64,000 nt of DNA. Origin: an uncultured Verrucomicrobiae bacterium. Lineage in GTDB: Bacteria > Verrucomicrobiota > Verrucomicrobiia > Opitutales > JABDGR01. Position numbers and translations under genes: made by a program. Where the stretch lies: NCBI GenBank assembly GCA_963765205.1, contig CAVXVB010000009.1, positions 896,001 through 960,000 on the forward strand, in the 5' to 3' direction. Shown here piece after piece: positions 21,477 to 31,765 of the stretch; position 1 is the first letter of the stretch; each line of letters opens with the position of its first letter. The notes beneath the pieces were generated by a model. The model did no database searches and was not told where the DNA came from. It was given only the letters and a program-made list of their open reading frames with translations.

Positions 21477-22728
21477 GGTGATGAAGAAGGCTTGGCGAGG
21501 ACGGGAGGAGGGGGGGGAAAGCGGGGCGCTTGAGCAGCGCCACCACGCGCGCATAGGCCTGGACGGGGTCGCGCGCGCGGGGCGGCAGGGCCTTTTCCGC
21601 GTTGATGACCGCCTCGACTTCAGCCACTTTGACGCCGGGACGCGCGGCGGCGGAAGATTTTTTCCATTCGGCAAAGCATTTTTCGAGCAAATCCCCGGCG
21701 GGGATGTTGCGGCGCAACAAATTCACAAATCCTGTGGCTGCATCCCGGCCCAGCACATCACTAGCGCCTTTTTCGGCCTCGATCGGCGGCACGAGGCTGG
21801 TGCTGTTTTTCCAAATGAACAACAAAGCCAAGAGCGCAAAGGCGCCGACCAGTCCCGCCAAATGATAGCGGCGGATAAGGGCGGCGACGCCGGGCGCCTC
21901 CATGATGCCAAAGTGGGCTTCGTCGAACACGATATTGTGGCCCGGGCCAATTAGCCAACTGAGCCAGTTGGCGTGGCGGTCGAGGCGCAACGCTTCATTG
22001 CTCAAAAAATAGCCGTCGGTGGCCATCACGACGGTGCCCGGCCCGAAGTGGCGCTCGATCACAACGGCATTGTGGTCCTGGGCGTAAATTTTCTGCCAGG
22101 CCGGATCGAGATTCGCGAAATAAAGACCGCTATGCCATTCGAGCTTGGCCGGCAGCGCCAGTCCTGAAACGTTGTTCACCGTGACCGACGGGTTGGAATC
22201 CTCGCTCAGCACATCGGCGAATTTGAATTCCAGCCCCCACTTGTCCTTCAGCACCACGGTGGTATCTTCATCGTCGTCGTTGGCGGATTTTTTGGCGATG
22301 GGCTTGGCGGGTTTGCTGGAGTTGTCCGTGGTCGCCGCAACGGGTTCGTCTTCGGGTAAAACATCCCCCAGCATCGGTTTGAAAACAACCACCAGCCGGC
22401 CGCCGCACGCGAGGAATTTTTCGATTTCGCCGAACAAATCGCCGGGAACTTCCGCCCACTCGTCCGTGCTCGCGCCCAAATGCAAATAGACCGTATTGGG
22501 CGTCTCGGACAGGTTATTGGTGGCGCTGAAGTCGCGCGCCACCGTCAGGCCCGGGATGCCGGCCAGGCTTTCATAAAAGGCCATGGTGCCCAGCGGGTCG
22601 CTGCGCAGCGAGGAATAGGGCGGGTAAACGTCGCCCCGGTCGAGGCGCATTTGCAGCAGCCACGTCAAACCCAGGGCAAACGTGAGCGCGCCCAGGGCCA
22701 GCAGGGCGATGGCGGCGGATTTTCTCAT
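21469..22728 (-). CDS. DUF4350-domain membrane protein
   Basis: N-terminal TM, YSSLRSDPLG, LSNEAL, IVFDEAH, second TM; position typical of MoxR operons. Confidence 0.75.
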   Translation of the reverse strand: MRKSAAIALLALGALTFALGLTWLLQMRLDRGDVYPPYSSLRSDPLGTMAFYESLAGIPGLTVARDFSATNNLSETPNTVYLHLGASTDEWAEVPGDLFGEIEKFLACGGRLVVVFKPMLGDVLPEDEPVAATTDNSSKPAKPIAKKSANDDDEDTTVVLKDKWGLEFKFADVLSEDSNPSVTVNNVSGLALPAKLEWHSGLYFANLDPAWQKIYAQDHNAVVIERHFGPGTVVMATDGYFLSNEALRLDRHANWLSWLIGPGHNIVFDEAHFGIMEAPGVAALIRRYHLAGLVGAFALLALLFIWKNSTSLVPPIEAEKGASDVLGRDAATGFVNLLRRNIPAGDLLEKCFAEWKKSSAAARPGVKVAEVEAVINAEKALPPRARDPVQAYARVVALLKRPAFPPLLPSSPSLLHHHE

Positions 22729-24512
22729 TCGACGCTCCTCAATTTGTCGGTCTGTGCGGAAAACCCGGCCACCAGCTCCGTATTGGCTTCGTACAGGCCA
22801 TACCACACGCGCTCGAAGGTGCCGACCATCTCGGCAAACGCCGGCGGCAGTTGCGGCAGTGCGTGGCTGCGGCGGCGCAACTCGCGTTCGTAGTCGCGGT
22901 TCGATTTAAATTTGGCCAGGCTGATGAGGTTGCGCGCGGCCAGATTCGCCAGCGCGGAAAGGTAAAACGCGCGCAAGGCCAAGCGGTATTCGCCGCGCTC
23001 CAGCAGCTCGCGCGCCAGCTTGATCCAGCCATCTTCCGGCAATTGCTCGGCGCCAAAATTTTCATCCGCCAGGTCGGGCGCGCTGGGGAGCGCAAGGGTG
23101 GTGATGAGCGCGGCATTCTTCCGGTGGTCACTCCAAAACCGATAGAGAAAGAGGGCCAGCGCGCACACGACCACAGCAATCAAGAGGAACAACAAAGCTT
23201 GCGAAAAAGTCATGCCACTCAGGAGCGATGATACTGCCACGCCGGCGCTGCGCGGGGAAAAAATCTTGTCCCACCAGCGGCGCAGCAGCGCCTGCACCTT
23301 CACCAGCCAGTCATGCAATATTTCGCGGACCCGGGTGATGAACCGGCCAATCACGCCCTGATCCTGCCCGTCGTCCGCGTTTGCATCCTGCGGCATCCGC
23401 CAGGCGTATTTGTCCTGGCGGATGACGTTGGCGATGGAATGTTCCAGATCCGCCGGCGGGATGCCGCCCGGGCTGACCGACGTCGGCGGGGACGATGGCG
23501 CTGCGGTGGAGGCGGCTGAGAGGGGCGGCGCAGATGGCGCATCGGCGGCCCGCAGCCCGCCGACTCCAACCACCATCAACAGCAGGGCCACGGCCGCGAC
23601 GGTGGAGCGGGCCTCAATTAGCGCGCGTTGGAGGCGGACTTTTAGATCCTGGCCCGAATGCCGGGCTTCGCCATAAAAACACCGCAGCGCCGCCATGGTC
23701 TTGAGCAAAGGGTCCAGGCACAGATACGTCAACCCGGCGATGGCCGCCAAGAACGTGGAATTCCACAATAGCGCCGAACCGGCGCGCGAAAAGGACGACT
23801 CGATGCCCAAAAGGTGTTCAGCCAGTTGGGGCAGGATGTAACAGAAGGACATCCAGTTCAAAAACACAAAGAAGGCAAACAAGGCCAGCAACACCTGCGC
23901 GGTGGCGTTCTGCCGCAGGGACCATCCCGCAAACTGGCCGGCCTTTTTCAATAGGGTGCCGAGCGGCTGCGCCTCACCCTCGTCCAGCACCGTCAGGTGT
24001 TGAAAGAATGCCATCGGCACGGAAAAGATCAGCGTGCAAATCTCCAGTCCAACCATGAGCAGCAACATGGCCAGTGGCGGGGCGGCGGAAAAAATTTGCC
24101 GCAGATGGTCTTTTTCAATCCAGACCAGCAGCAGCGGTGGCGCGGCCAGCAGCAGGCCGAACGGTTGTACCGCCATTTGCGTCATCCAAACGCGCTGGGC
24201 ACGCCGGAAACTCCAGGGCGCGGGCGGCACACCGGCGATTTTTGCGCAGATTTGCCGCGCAAATACATTTTGCCAGAATTTCATCCACCCATACAACAAC
24301 GCCAGGCCGAGCGCCGCCTCCGCATCGTGGTTCCGTGCCAAGGGATTGAGGCTCATATCCGCCCAAAAATACACCAGACCAAGGACGAACGGCAGCGCGC
24401 CCAGGTAGTAGCAGACCAACGCCGCCGGCGGCGCCGAGCGCAGGACGTGCGTCGCCTCCTCGATCAAGTCGGTCGCGGCCCGGCCCGGCTTCTGGCGGAT
24501 GATGCGCTTCAT
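22725..24512 (-). CDS. multi-pass membrane protein with C-terminal DUF4129 domain
   Basis: Many TM helices; GEYRLALRAFYL..KSNRDYEREL..FERVWYG. Confidence 0.8.
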   Translation of the reverse strand: MKRIIRQKPGRAATDLIEEATHVLRSAPPAALVCYYLGALPFVLGLVYFWADMSLNPLARNHDAEAALGLALLYGWMKFWQNVFARQICAKIAGVPPAPWSFRRAQRVWMTQMAVQPFGLLLAAPPLLLVWIEKDHLRQIFSAAPPLAMLLLMVGLEICTLIFSVPMAFFQHLTVLDEGEAQPLGTLLKKAGQFAGWSLRQNATAQVLLALFAFFVFLNWMSFCYILPQLAEHLLGIESSFSRAGSALLWNSTFLAAIAGLTYLCLDPLLKTMAALRCFYGEARHSGQDLKVRLQRALIEARSTVAAVALLLMVVGVGGLRAADAPSAPPLSAASTAAPSSPPTSVSPGGIPPADLEHSIANVIRQDKYAWRMPQDANADDGQDQGVIGRFITRVREILHDWLVKVQALLRRWWDKIFSPRSAGVAVSSLLSGMTFSQALLFLLIAVVVCALALFLYRFWSDHRKNAALITTLALPSAPDLADENFGAEQLPEDGWIKLARELLERGEYRLALRAFYLSALANLAARNLISLAKFKSNRDYERELRRRSHALPQLPPAFAEMVGTFERVWYGLYEANTELVAGFSAQTDKLRSVE

Positions 24513-24526
24513 GGTGGGCGGAGGCG

Positions 24527-24838
24527 TCAATGGGCTTGCCACACGGAATTTTCGTGCGACGATGTTGGAATTTGCAGCAAACCCTCGGCAAGAACGTAGA
24601 AAAAGAACCAGGCCAGGATGAAGCCCGTCAAGCCCACCGCAGCGCAGCGCACCCACGCTAGACTACGCCGGGAGACCGGCGCGGCCCGCGCCAGTTGAGC
24701 CAGACAGGCGGCGCAAATGACCTTGTCATCGTGCTCCGTGATGCATTCGCGGCAAAAAAAATTTCCGCACGCCGGGCAGCGCGCCACCGCTTCGCGTCCG
24801 GCGTGGTTGTAGCAGCGTTGATGGATCAGGCTGGGCAT
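24527..24838 (-). CDS. B-box-type zinc finger membrane protein
   Basis: CYNH..AVARCPACGNFFCREC..ICAAC followed by one TM helix. Confidence 0.8.
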   Translation of the reverse strand: MPSLIHQRCYNHAGREAVARCPACGNFFCRECITEHDDKVICAACLAQLARAAPVSRRSLAWVRCAAVGLTGFILAWFFFYVLAEGLLQIPTSSHENSVWQAH

Positions 24839-24859
24839 GGGAGTGGCGGGCTGTTTGAT

Positions 24860-25456
24860 TTAAGATTCAATGACCGGCGGAGCTTCGTGGTAGGGGGGAG
24901 GTGCGGCCGCCGCTTCCGCCGCCTGCGCGGCGCGCATCCGCTCCGGGATTTCCGCCGGCGTCAACTGGCCCTGCGCCGCCACCACCAGCGGCCGGAGCCG
25001 ATTCAGAGCCCTATACGCGTGCCCCAACCGGCTGAGCGGCGGCAATTCCTCGATCTGCACCGCCGTTTGCAAATAAGTCTGGACGGTCGGCCCCGCCGCC
25101 TGGTTGATCAGCAAGAGCACGGCCAGCACCGACGCAAGCAGGCCAAAAAAGATGTCGCCACCGTTGAAGAATCCGACCCCCGACTCATGCCACAAAAGCG
25201 CAGTAATGACAAACATCGCCAGGGGCAGGCCCAGCAAGACGCTGGTCATCAGCCGGCGGTCGGTGCGGCGGATGATAAAGGCCTGGATGTCGCTGAAATA
25301 AAATCGTTTGTATTCCTCGGAGCCGATCTTTTTGTCAATGATCAGCAAATGATCCGGCCCGAGCCACAGGCTGGCGCGACCAGCGGAGACGCTGATAAAG
25401 CCGCCGATCGTGCGCCGGCGAGAGCGGGTCAGACGGGTGTAGGCTGGCTCGGGCAT
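24860..25456 (-). CDS. hypothetical membrane protein
   Basis: In operon, two TM helices, SLWLGPDHLL..EEYKRFYFSDIQA. Confidence 0.75.
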   Translation of the reverse strand: MPEPAYTRLTRSRRRTIGGFISVSAGRASLWLGPDHLLIIDKKIGSEEYKRFYFSDIQAFIIRRTDRRLMTSVLLGLPLAMFVITALLWHESGVGFFNGGDIFFGLLASVLAVLLLINQAAGPTVQTYLQTAVQIEELPPLSRLGHAYRALNRLRPLVVAAQGQLTPAEIPERMRAAQAAEAAAAPPPYHEAPPVIES

Positions 25457-25483
25457 GGTGAAAATGGATGTGCGTATGCAGGG

Positions 25484-26152
25484 CTAAAAAGTTCCCGGCA
25501 CGGGCAATGTAATACTGCCATGGAAGTTAATCAAATGGTGGCTGCCGGCATAGATAATGCCGATGATGGCAACGACCCATCCAATCAACTCCAATACCCC
25601 GATAATGATGGCAATTACCAAGCGGGCCTTGGTACGGTGGACGAAGCTGCGCGGGGAATTCCAGTGGCGGATGGCGATGAAAATGGCCGCGGGCGCGGTA
25701 AAAATGGTGGCCAGAAACGAAAAGTAAAGAACCACCGTCAGGGAGAGCAGGAGCGGCCAGAGGACGAGGGCCAGCGCCAGGCTGTCGTAGTTGACCCGGC
25801 GGTTTTCCAAGCTTTTGATTTTGCCTTTTTTGCGACCCGCCTCCAGGCAAGACGGGCAGTAATGCTGGCCGTTCAATTCGCAATCGCACAGCGCGCAAAG
25901 AAACCGCCCGCAGCCATCGCAGGGACGCACGGCCTTCTTTTGCGGGTGGTAGAAACAACTCGCTTCGTCCTCGAGTAAAATCCGCTCGCCATCCACCCCA
26001 TGCGCCGCGCTACGGAACAAAGCCGGAAAAACCTCCGCCTGGACCGGTGAGCCGCAGAGGGCGCAGGGCGTCAGTCTCCCCGAGTTGAGAATGCCACTGT
26101 CCAGCGGCGCCTGGCACTGGCGCTTCGGGCATTTCACAACAAAGGCGGCCAT
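25484..26152 (-). CDS. zinc-ribbon plus B-box-type zinc finger membrane protein
   Basis: CPKRQC/CALC, CFYHP..CDGCGRFLCALC..YCPSC, three TM helices. Confidence 0.8.
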   Translation of the reverse strand: MAAFVVKCPKRQCQAPLDSGILNSGRLTPCALCGSPVQAEVFPALFRSAAHGVDGERILLEDEASCFYHPQKKAVRPCDGCGRFLCALCDCELNGQHYCPSCLEAGRKKGKIKSLENRRVNYDSLALALVLWPLLLSLTVVLYFSFLATIFTAPAAIFIAIRHWNSPRSFVHRTKARLVIAIIIGVLELIGWVVAIIGIIYAGSHHLINFHGSITLPVPGTF

Positions 26153-26159
26153 GGGGAAG

Positions 26160-26816
26160 CTAAGTGGAGATCACGCGGGTGTGGCAGATGCGGTCATGCA
26201 GGGCCTGTTTCTCGGGATCAAACGCCACCATGATATATCCGATATACAGGGTGAAGTCGCTGAGCATCTTGCCAAAAAAGCGGCCAAACGCGCGGGCGTA
26301 GGTGACTTTTTCGCCCTCGGGCGTGACGACCTTGAGTTTGCAGGCCATCTTGCCCAGCGTTGCACCCCACTTGCCAACGCAGACGGTTTCATAGACCATC
26401 CGCAACACGAAGGTGAACAGGAAGTTGAGGAGCATCAGGCCGATGTCAATTTTCGTCGGCGAGGGCGCGCCCATGGCGGCAAACATCCCCAAGCCAAAAA
26501 AGAGCCCCACGATCCCGGCCACAAAGCTCAGGATGATGATGTCAATAAACTGGGCGGCGAAGCGGATCCAAAACCCGGCGTAGCGCAGCCCGGGGGCTTC
26601 GACCCGCGCGCCTTCCGCCAGTTTCTGCATGAAGATGGGTTTGCAATTGGCGCACACATAGGTGTCGCCGTGGCGGATCATGTCCTGCGTGGAAAAGATC
26701 TTACCACATTCAAAGCACGGCCTGGTCTCGCCGCCGCCTACCGTGCCCAAGAGCGGCGGAGTGGCGGGCGCGGCACCCGGGGTATTGGGGCCAACTTGCG
26801 GGTTCCAGTCACTCAT
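26160..26816 (-). CDS. RDD family protein with N-terminal zinc ribbon
   Basis: CFEC..CANC; YAGFWIRFAAQFID, GATLGK, QALHDRIC. Confidence 0.88.
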   Translation of the reverse strand: MSDWNPQVGPNTPGAAPATPPLLGTVGGGETRPCFECGKIFSTQDMIRHGDTYVCANCKPIFMQKLAEGARVEAPGLRYAGFWIRFAAQFIDIIILSFVAGIVGLFFGLGMFAAMGAPSPTKIDIGLMLLNFLFTFVLRMVYETVCVGKWGATLGKMACKLKVVTPEGEKVTYARAFGRFFGKMLSDFTLYIGYIMVAFDPEKQALHDRICHTRVIST

Positions 26817-27179
26817 GATTAGGAGGGGTTATGGGTTACAGTCTGTTAGCTTAAAATTCACCCGCGATGGCAAGACTAATCAGAACCACGGATTGATGCG
26901 ATGAGCGGCATCAATGGGTCTGCCTATGTCCTCTCGCAGATACATAAAGAGACTCCGCTGAACCCCAAAAGCGAACAAGAAAACATCATTGGGCGGGAAA
27001 AGTTTATAATGGGCCGACTTGCACCCACTCCCGGTTGTTTTTTCTTCCCCTTGGTGGGCCACTGACGAATACGCATTGGGCTGGTTTCCGCCGATGAGAT
27101 TTCGCATCCCAAGCCCAACTTGAGGGATGGATTTGCGTTGAACAATCCGCCGGCTTCATGTCTAAATACCCATCTCCCC

Positions 27180-28190
27180 ATGAAACCCCTCCCCTACCTC
27201 ATCTCCCGCTGCGCCCTCGGTGTCGCTGCCGCCGGTCTGCTCCTGGCCGGCTGCTCTAAATCCGACAACTCGGCCGGCACGGCAACGCCCGCGTCTGGTT
27301 CCGCGCCGGCGGGGAAGACCATCACAGTGGGTTTTGCCCAAACCGGAGATGAAAGCGGCTGGCGCACCGCCAACACCGAATCACTCAAGTCCGAAGCCGC
27401 CAAACGCGGCATCAACTTAAAAGTTACTTTTGCCGACAACGTGCTCGACAAGGAAATCGCGTCTGTGCGTAATTTCATCACGCAAAAGGTGGACGCCATT
27501 ATCATCGCTCCGACGGTCAAGGATGGCTGGGATCAGGTGCTTAAGGAAGCGAAAGACGCCCACATCCCCGTCGTTATTGAAGATCGCTCCTTGAGCGCCG
27601 ACCCCTCCCTGTATGCCGGCTTCATCGGCTCTGATTTTATGAAGGAAGGGCACCTGGCGGCGGAATGGCTCATCAAAACCACGGGGGGCAAGGGGCGGAT
27701 TGTGGAGCTTTCAGGCCATCTGGGTTCCGATGCCGCGGATGACCGCCAGAAGGCGTTTGCCGAGGGGATTGCGAATACGCCCGGCCTGACCATCATTGAT
27801 TCGCAAACCGGCGACTTTCAACGCGATCAGGGCAAACAAGTCATGGAAGCCCTCCTCAAGAAACACCCCGCTGGATCGTTCGATATCCTTTACGCCCACA
27901 ACGACGACATGGCGTTGGGCGCGATGCAAGCCATTCAGGAAGCCGGCCTCAAACCGGGCCAGGATATCATGATCATTTCCCTCGATGGTGAAAAAGAGGC
28001 CCTCCAAGCCATCGTAGACGGTAAAATCAATTGCGTGGTCGAGTGCAACCCCATGGACGGCCCCCTCGTCTTCGATGCGGTTGAGCAAGTCCTCAAGGGC
28101 GGGCAGATTCCGCCCATCACTTATAATTCGGATCACGTTTTCGACAAAACCAACGCCGCGGAGGTGCTCAAGGCCCCGCGCGCTTATTAA
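27180..28190 (+). CDS. ytfQ: sugar ABC transporter substrate-binding lipoprotein (galactofuranose YtfQ-like)
   Basis: Lipobox LLAGC; VGFAQTGDESGWRTANT, YAHNDDMALGA, VECNP. Confidence 0.85.
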   Translation: MKPLPYLISRCALGVAAAGLLLAGCSKSDNSAGTATPASGSAPAGKTITVGFAQTGDESGWRTANTESLKSEAAKRGINLKVTFADNVLDKEIASVRNFITQKVDAIIIAPTVKDGWDQVLKEAKDAHIPVVIEDRSLSADPSLYAGFIGSDFMKEGHLAAEWLIKTTGGKGRIVELSGHLGSDAADDRQKAFAEGIANTPGLTIIDSQTGDFQRDQGKQVMEALLKKHPAGSFDILYAHNDDMALGAMQAIQEAGLKPGQDIMIISLDGEKEALQAIVDGKINCVVECNPMDGPLVFDAVEQVLKGGQIPPITYNSDHVFDKTNAAEVLKAPRAY

Positions 28191-28202
28191 GCCTTACTGC
28201 TC

Positions 28203-29771
28203 ATGGCCGCCGTGGAGTCCTCAGCGCCGCTGTTGCTCGCCATGCGCGGCATTGGGAAAAAGTTTCCCGGGGTGGTGGCTTTGTCCAACGTGGACTTTTC
28301 CGTGCGCGCGGGCGAAATCCATGCCCTGCTCGGCGAAAACGGCGCCGGCAAGTCCACGCTTATTAAAGTGCTCACCGGTGTTTACGCGCCGGACGCCGGC
28401 GAGGTGCGTCTAGCCGGCACGCCCATCCACCCCGCTTCGCCGCGTGACGCCGAGCGTCTGGGTCTCAGCACCGTTTACCAGGAAGTGAATTTGATCCCCT
28501 CTTTGTCGGTCGCGGAAAACATCGGCTTGGGCCGCCAGCCGGGAAAATTAGGCTTCTTAAATTGGCCCGCGCTGCGCCGCCGCGCCCGGGCCGCGCTCGC
28601 ACGGCTCGAACTCGCTCTCGACGTGGACGCCGAGTTGGGCACGCTGCCGTTGGCCCTCCAACAAATGGTCGCCATCGCTCGCGCGCTTGACTTGCAGGCC
28701 AAGCTCCTTGTGCTTGACGAGCCGACCGCCAGCCTCGACGAAAAGGAAGTGGACGAGCTTTTCAAAATCATGCGGCAACTGCGTGCGGCGGGTCTCGGCA
28801 TCGTCTTCGTCACGCATTTTCTCGATCAGGTTTACGAAATTACCGACCGCCTCACCGTCCTGCGCAACGGCGAATTGGTTGGCGAATACTTGACGGCAAA
28901 ATTGGGCCGCCTCGAACTCGTGGGCAAAATGCTCGGCCGCGAAGTGCGCGATGAAGAGGGCCACAACGCGGACGGTAGAGATCCCGCTACGGCGGGAAGC
29001 CGTCCGTCTCTGGACCATCCACTCGCCAAATCCTCCGCACCCGTGCTCGATGCCCGCCAAATGGGCCGCCGCGGCGCAGTGCATCCGCTCGATTTGACTT
29101 TACGCGGCGGCGAGGTGACCGGCCTCGCCGGTCTGCTCGGCTCCGGCCGCACCGAAACCGCGCGTCTGCTCTTCGGCATTGACCGCCCGGACTCCGGCGA
29201 AATCAAAATCCGCGGCCAAACCGTGAAACTATCCTCGCCGCGCGCAGCGGTGGCGCTCGGGCTCGCATTTTGCTCCGAAGACCGCAAGACCGAAGGCATC
29301 CTCCCAAACCTGTCCGTGCGCGAGAACATCATCTTCGCGCTCCAGGCCAAGCGCGGCACCTGGCGTAAGCTCGCGCGCGCCGAGCAGGACCAACTTTGCG
29401 CCCACTACATCCAGGCCTTGCGCATCAAGACCAGCAGTCCCGAGACGCCGGTCAAAAACCTCTCCGGCGGCAACCAGCAAAAGGCCCTCCTTGCACGCTG
29501 GCTCGCCACCCGACCGGAACTCATCATCCTCGACGAGCCCACCCGCGGCATTGACATCGGCGCAAAAGCCGAAATCGAGCAGCTCATTACCCAGTTGCGC
29601 GCGGATGGCGTCGCGGTGCTTTTTATTTCCTCTGAAATCGAGGAAGTCGTTCGTAACAGCTCGCGCATTGCCGTCCTGCGCGAGCGCCGCAAAGTAGCTG
29701 AACTCACCGGCGGCGAAATTGAACTGCACCGTCTGCTGCATGAAATGGCCGGCGCGCCACCCTCTCCATGA
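28203..29771 (+). CDS. ytfR: sugar ABC transporter ATP-binding protein (two ABC domains)
   Basis: GENGAGKST, LDEPTASL, EDRKTEG, LSGGNQQK, LDEPTRGIDIGAK. Confidence 0.88.
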   Translation: MAAVESSAPLLLAMRGIGKKFPGVVALSNVDFSVRAGEIHALLGENGAGKSTLIKVLTGVYAPDAGEVRLAGTPIHPASPRDAERLGLSTVYQEVNLIPSLSVAENIGLGRQPGKLGFLNWPALRRRARAALARLELALDVDAELGTLPLALQQMVAIARALDLQAKLLVLDEPTASLDEKEVDELFKIMRQLRAAGLGIVFVTHFLDQVYEITDRLTVLRNGELVGEYLTAKLGRLELVGKMLGREVRDEEGHNADGRDPATAGSRPSLDHPLAKSSAPVLDARQMGRRGAVHPLDLTLRGGEVTGLAGLLGSGRTETARLLFGIDRPDSGEIKIRGQTVKLSSPRAAVALGLAFCSEDRKTEGILPNLSVRENIIFALQAKRGTWRKLARAEQDQLCAHYIQALRIKTSSPETPVKNLSGGNQQKALLARWLATRPELIILDEPTRGIDIGAKAEIEQLITQLRADGVAVLFISSEIEEVVRNSSRIAVLRERRKVAELTGGEIELHRLLHEMAGAPPSP

Positions 29772-30775
29772 GTGAAGCCCGCCACCGTTCCTGGCTGAAA
29801 TCGCCCGCGGTCTGGCCGCTGGCGGGCCTGTTGCTGCTCGGCTTGATCAATCTGATTTTCAGCCGAAATTTCTTCACCATCACCCAGCGTGACGGGCATT
29901 ATGTCGGTACGCTCATTGATATTCTCAAGAACGGCTCGCCTGGTCTGATTTTGTCGCTGGGGATGACACTGGTGATCGCGACTGGCGGCATTGATTTGTC
30001 CGTCGGCGCGGTCCTGGCGGTCACCGGCGCTACGGCGGCGACCATGATGGCGCAGGGCCCGGTTTCGCTGCCGCTGGTGCTGGCCGTCTGCCTTGGAGTG
30101 GGCGGGTTATGCGGCCTGGTCAACGGGGTTCTGGTGGCGTGGGGGCGCATCCAGCCGATTGTGGCCACGCTCATCCTGATGGTCGCGGGCCGCGGCATCG
30201 CGACGCTTATCACGGGGGGCAATCAAGTGCTCATCCATCAGGAATCCTATAATTATCTCGGCACCGGATTCATCCTCGGATTGCCGGTGGCCCCGTTGGT
30301 GGTCACCGCGCTGTATCTCGTGGCGTGGCTGGGGCTGCGGCGCAGCGCCGCGAGTTTATTCATCGAAGCGGCCGGCGATAACGAAATCGCCAGCCGCTTT
30401 GCCGGGCTGGCCACCGCACGCGTCAAATGCCTCGTTTACGTCGTCAGCGGCCTCTGCGCCGCTGTGGCAGGGGTGCTGGCGACCTCGAGCATTGGCAATT
30501 CCGACCCCATGAGCGACGGCCAATACCTAGAGCTGGACGCGATCTTTGCGGTGGTAGTCGGCGGCACCGCCCTCCGCGGCAGCCGGTACAACTTCCTCGG
30601 TTCCTATCTGGCCGCCATCATGTTGAAAACCCTGACCATCACGATGTATTTTGTGGGCGTGCGCCCGGAGGTTGCGCCACTGCCCAAGGCCGTCCTCATC
30701 ATCGTGGTGTGCCTGCTGCAATCGGAAACCACCCGCCGCTGGCTTGGCGGACTGCGCCGGAGGAGGGCGATATGA
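29768..30775 (+). CDS. ytfT: sugar ABC transporter permease
   Basis: GGIDLSVG, IQPIVATL, LELDAIFAVVVGG. Confidence 0.82.
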   Translation: MSEARHRSWLKSPAVWPLAGLLLLGLINLIFSRNFFTITQRDGHYVGTLIDILKNGSPGLILSLGMTLVIATGGIDLSVGAVLAVTGATAATMMAQGPVSLPLVLAVCLGVGGLCGLVNGVLVAWGRIQPIVATLILMVAGRGIATLITGGNQVLIHQESYNYLGTGFILGLPVAPLVVTALYLVAWLGLRRSAASLFIEAAGDNEIASRFAGLATARVKCLVYVVSGLCAAVAGVLATSSIGNSDPMSDGQYLELDAIFAVVVGGTALRGSRYNFLGSYLAAIMLKTLTITMYFVGVRPEVAPLPKAVLIIVVCLLQSETTRRWLGGLRRRRAI

Positions 30776-31743
30776 ATACCTTGCTGCGCAACCGGCTGCC
30801 GCAACTGACGACGGCGGTGATTTTCGTTCTGTTGTTCACCGCCGCCAGCCTGCGGTATGATTATTTTTTCTCCGCGCGCAACGTGGCCGATCTTTTCATC
30901 GGCAACGCCAGCCTGGGAGTGATCGCGGTGGGGATGACGCTGGTGATTTTTTTGGGCGGCATTGATTTATCCGTCGGCGCAGTGGCCGGCTTTGCCAATA
31001 TTTTTTTCGCCGCCTTGGTGGCCAGACACGGCTGGCACCCGCTGCCGGCCTTGCTGGCAGGCTTGGCCCTCGGCGCGGCGTTTGGCGCGTTCATGGGCGC
31101 GTTGATCCATTTTTTCAAGCAGCCCGCGTTTTTGGTGACCCTGGCGGGCATGTTTTTCGCGCGCGGCTGCGCCTATTGGATCAGCGAATCCAGTATCACA
31201 GTGAAACAGCCGTTTTTTGTCCGTCTGACGGATTTTAAGGCTCCGCTGGGGGACGCCATGGTGCATCCGCTGCCGGCCTTCATTTTCTTGGTGGTGCTGG
31301 CGGCGGGCTACCTTGTGGCGCAATTCACCCGTTTCGGCCGTAACCTGCTCGCCATCGGCGGCAACGAGCAATCAGCCCTGCTCATGGGCCTGCCCGTGGG
31401 CGCGACGACGATTGCCGCCTATGCAACCTGCGGGGCGACCGCGGCGTTGGGCGGGCTGGTCAACACACTCATCACCGGTTCGGGCAATTGCACTTATGGC
31501 ATTGGCCTAGAACTCGACGCGATAGCGGTCGTGGTCATCGGCGGCACCCTCCTCACCGGCGGTCGCGGCCATCTGTTTGGCACGCTCTGTGGGGTGTTGA
31601 TCATCGGCACCATCCAGTCCGCCATCGCCTTTGACGGCACCCTTAGTTCCTCCTGGACGCGTATCATCACTGGCGCGCTGTTGCTGGCGTTTATCCTCTT
31701 CCAGCGCCTCCTCCTGCGCGCCACGCAAAAACGCTTTGCGTGA
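30772..31743 (+). CDS. yjfF: sugar ABC transporter permease
   Basis: GGIDLSVG, AIGGNEQSALLMGLPV, ELDAIAVVVIGGTLLTGG, FDGTLSSSWTRI. Confidence 0.82.
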   Translation: MNTLLRNRLPQLTTAVIFVLLFTAASLRYDYFFSARNVADLFIGNASLGVIAVGMTLVIFLGGIDLSVGAVAGFANIFFAALVARHGWHPLPALLAGLALGAAFGAFMGALIHFFKQPAFLVTLAGMFFARGCAYWISESSITVKQPFFVRLTDFKAPLGDAMVHPLPAFIFLVVLAAGYLVAQFTRFGRNLLAIGGNEQSALLMGLPVGATTIAAYATCGATAALGGLVNTLITGSGNCTYGIGLELDAIAVVVIGGTLLTGGRGHLFGTLCGVLIIGTIQSAIAFDGTLSSSWTRIITGALLLAFILFQRLLLRATQKRFA

Positions 31744-31765
31744 AAACAACGGCGCGCCGCCCAAG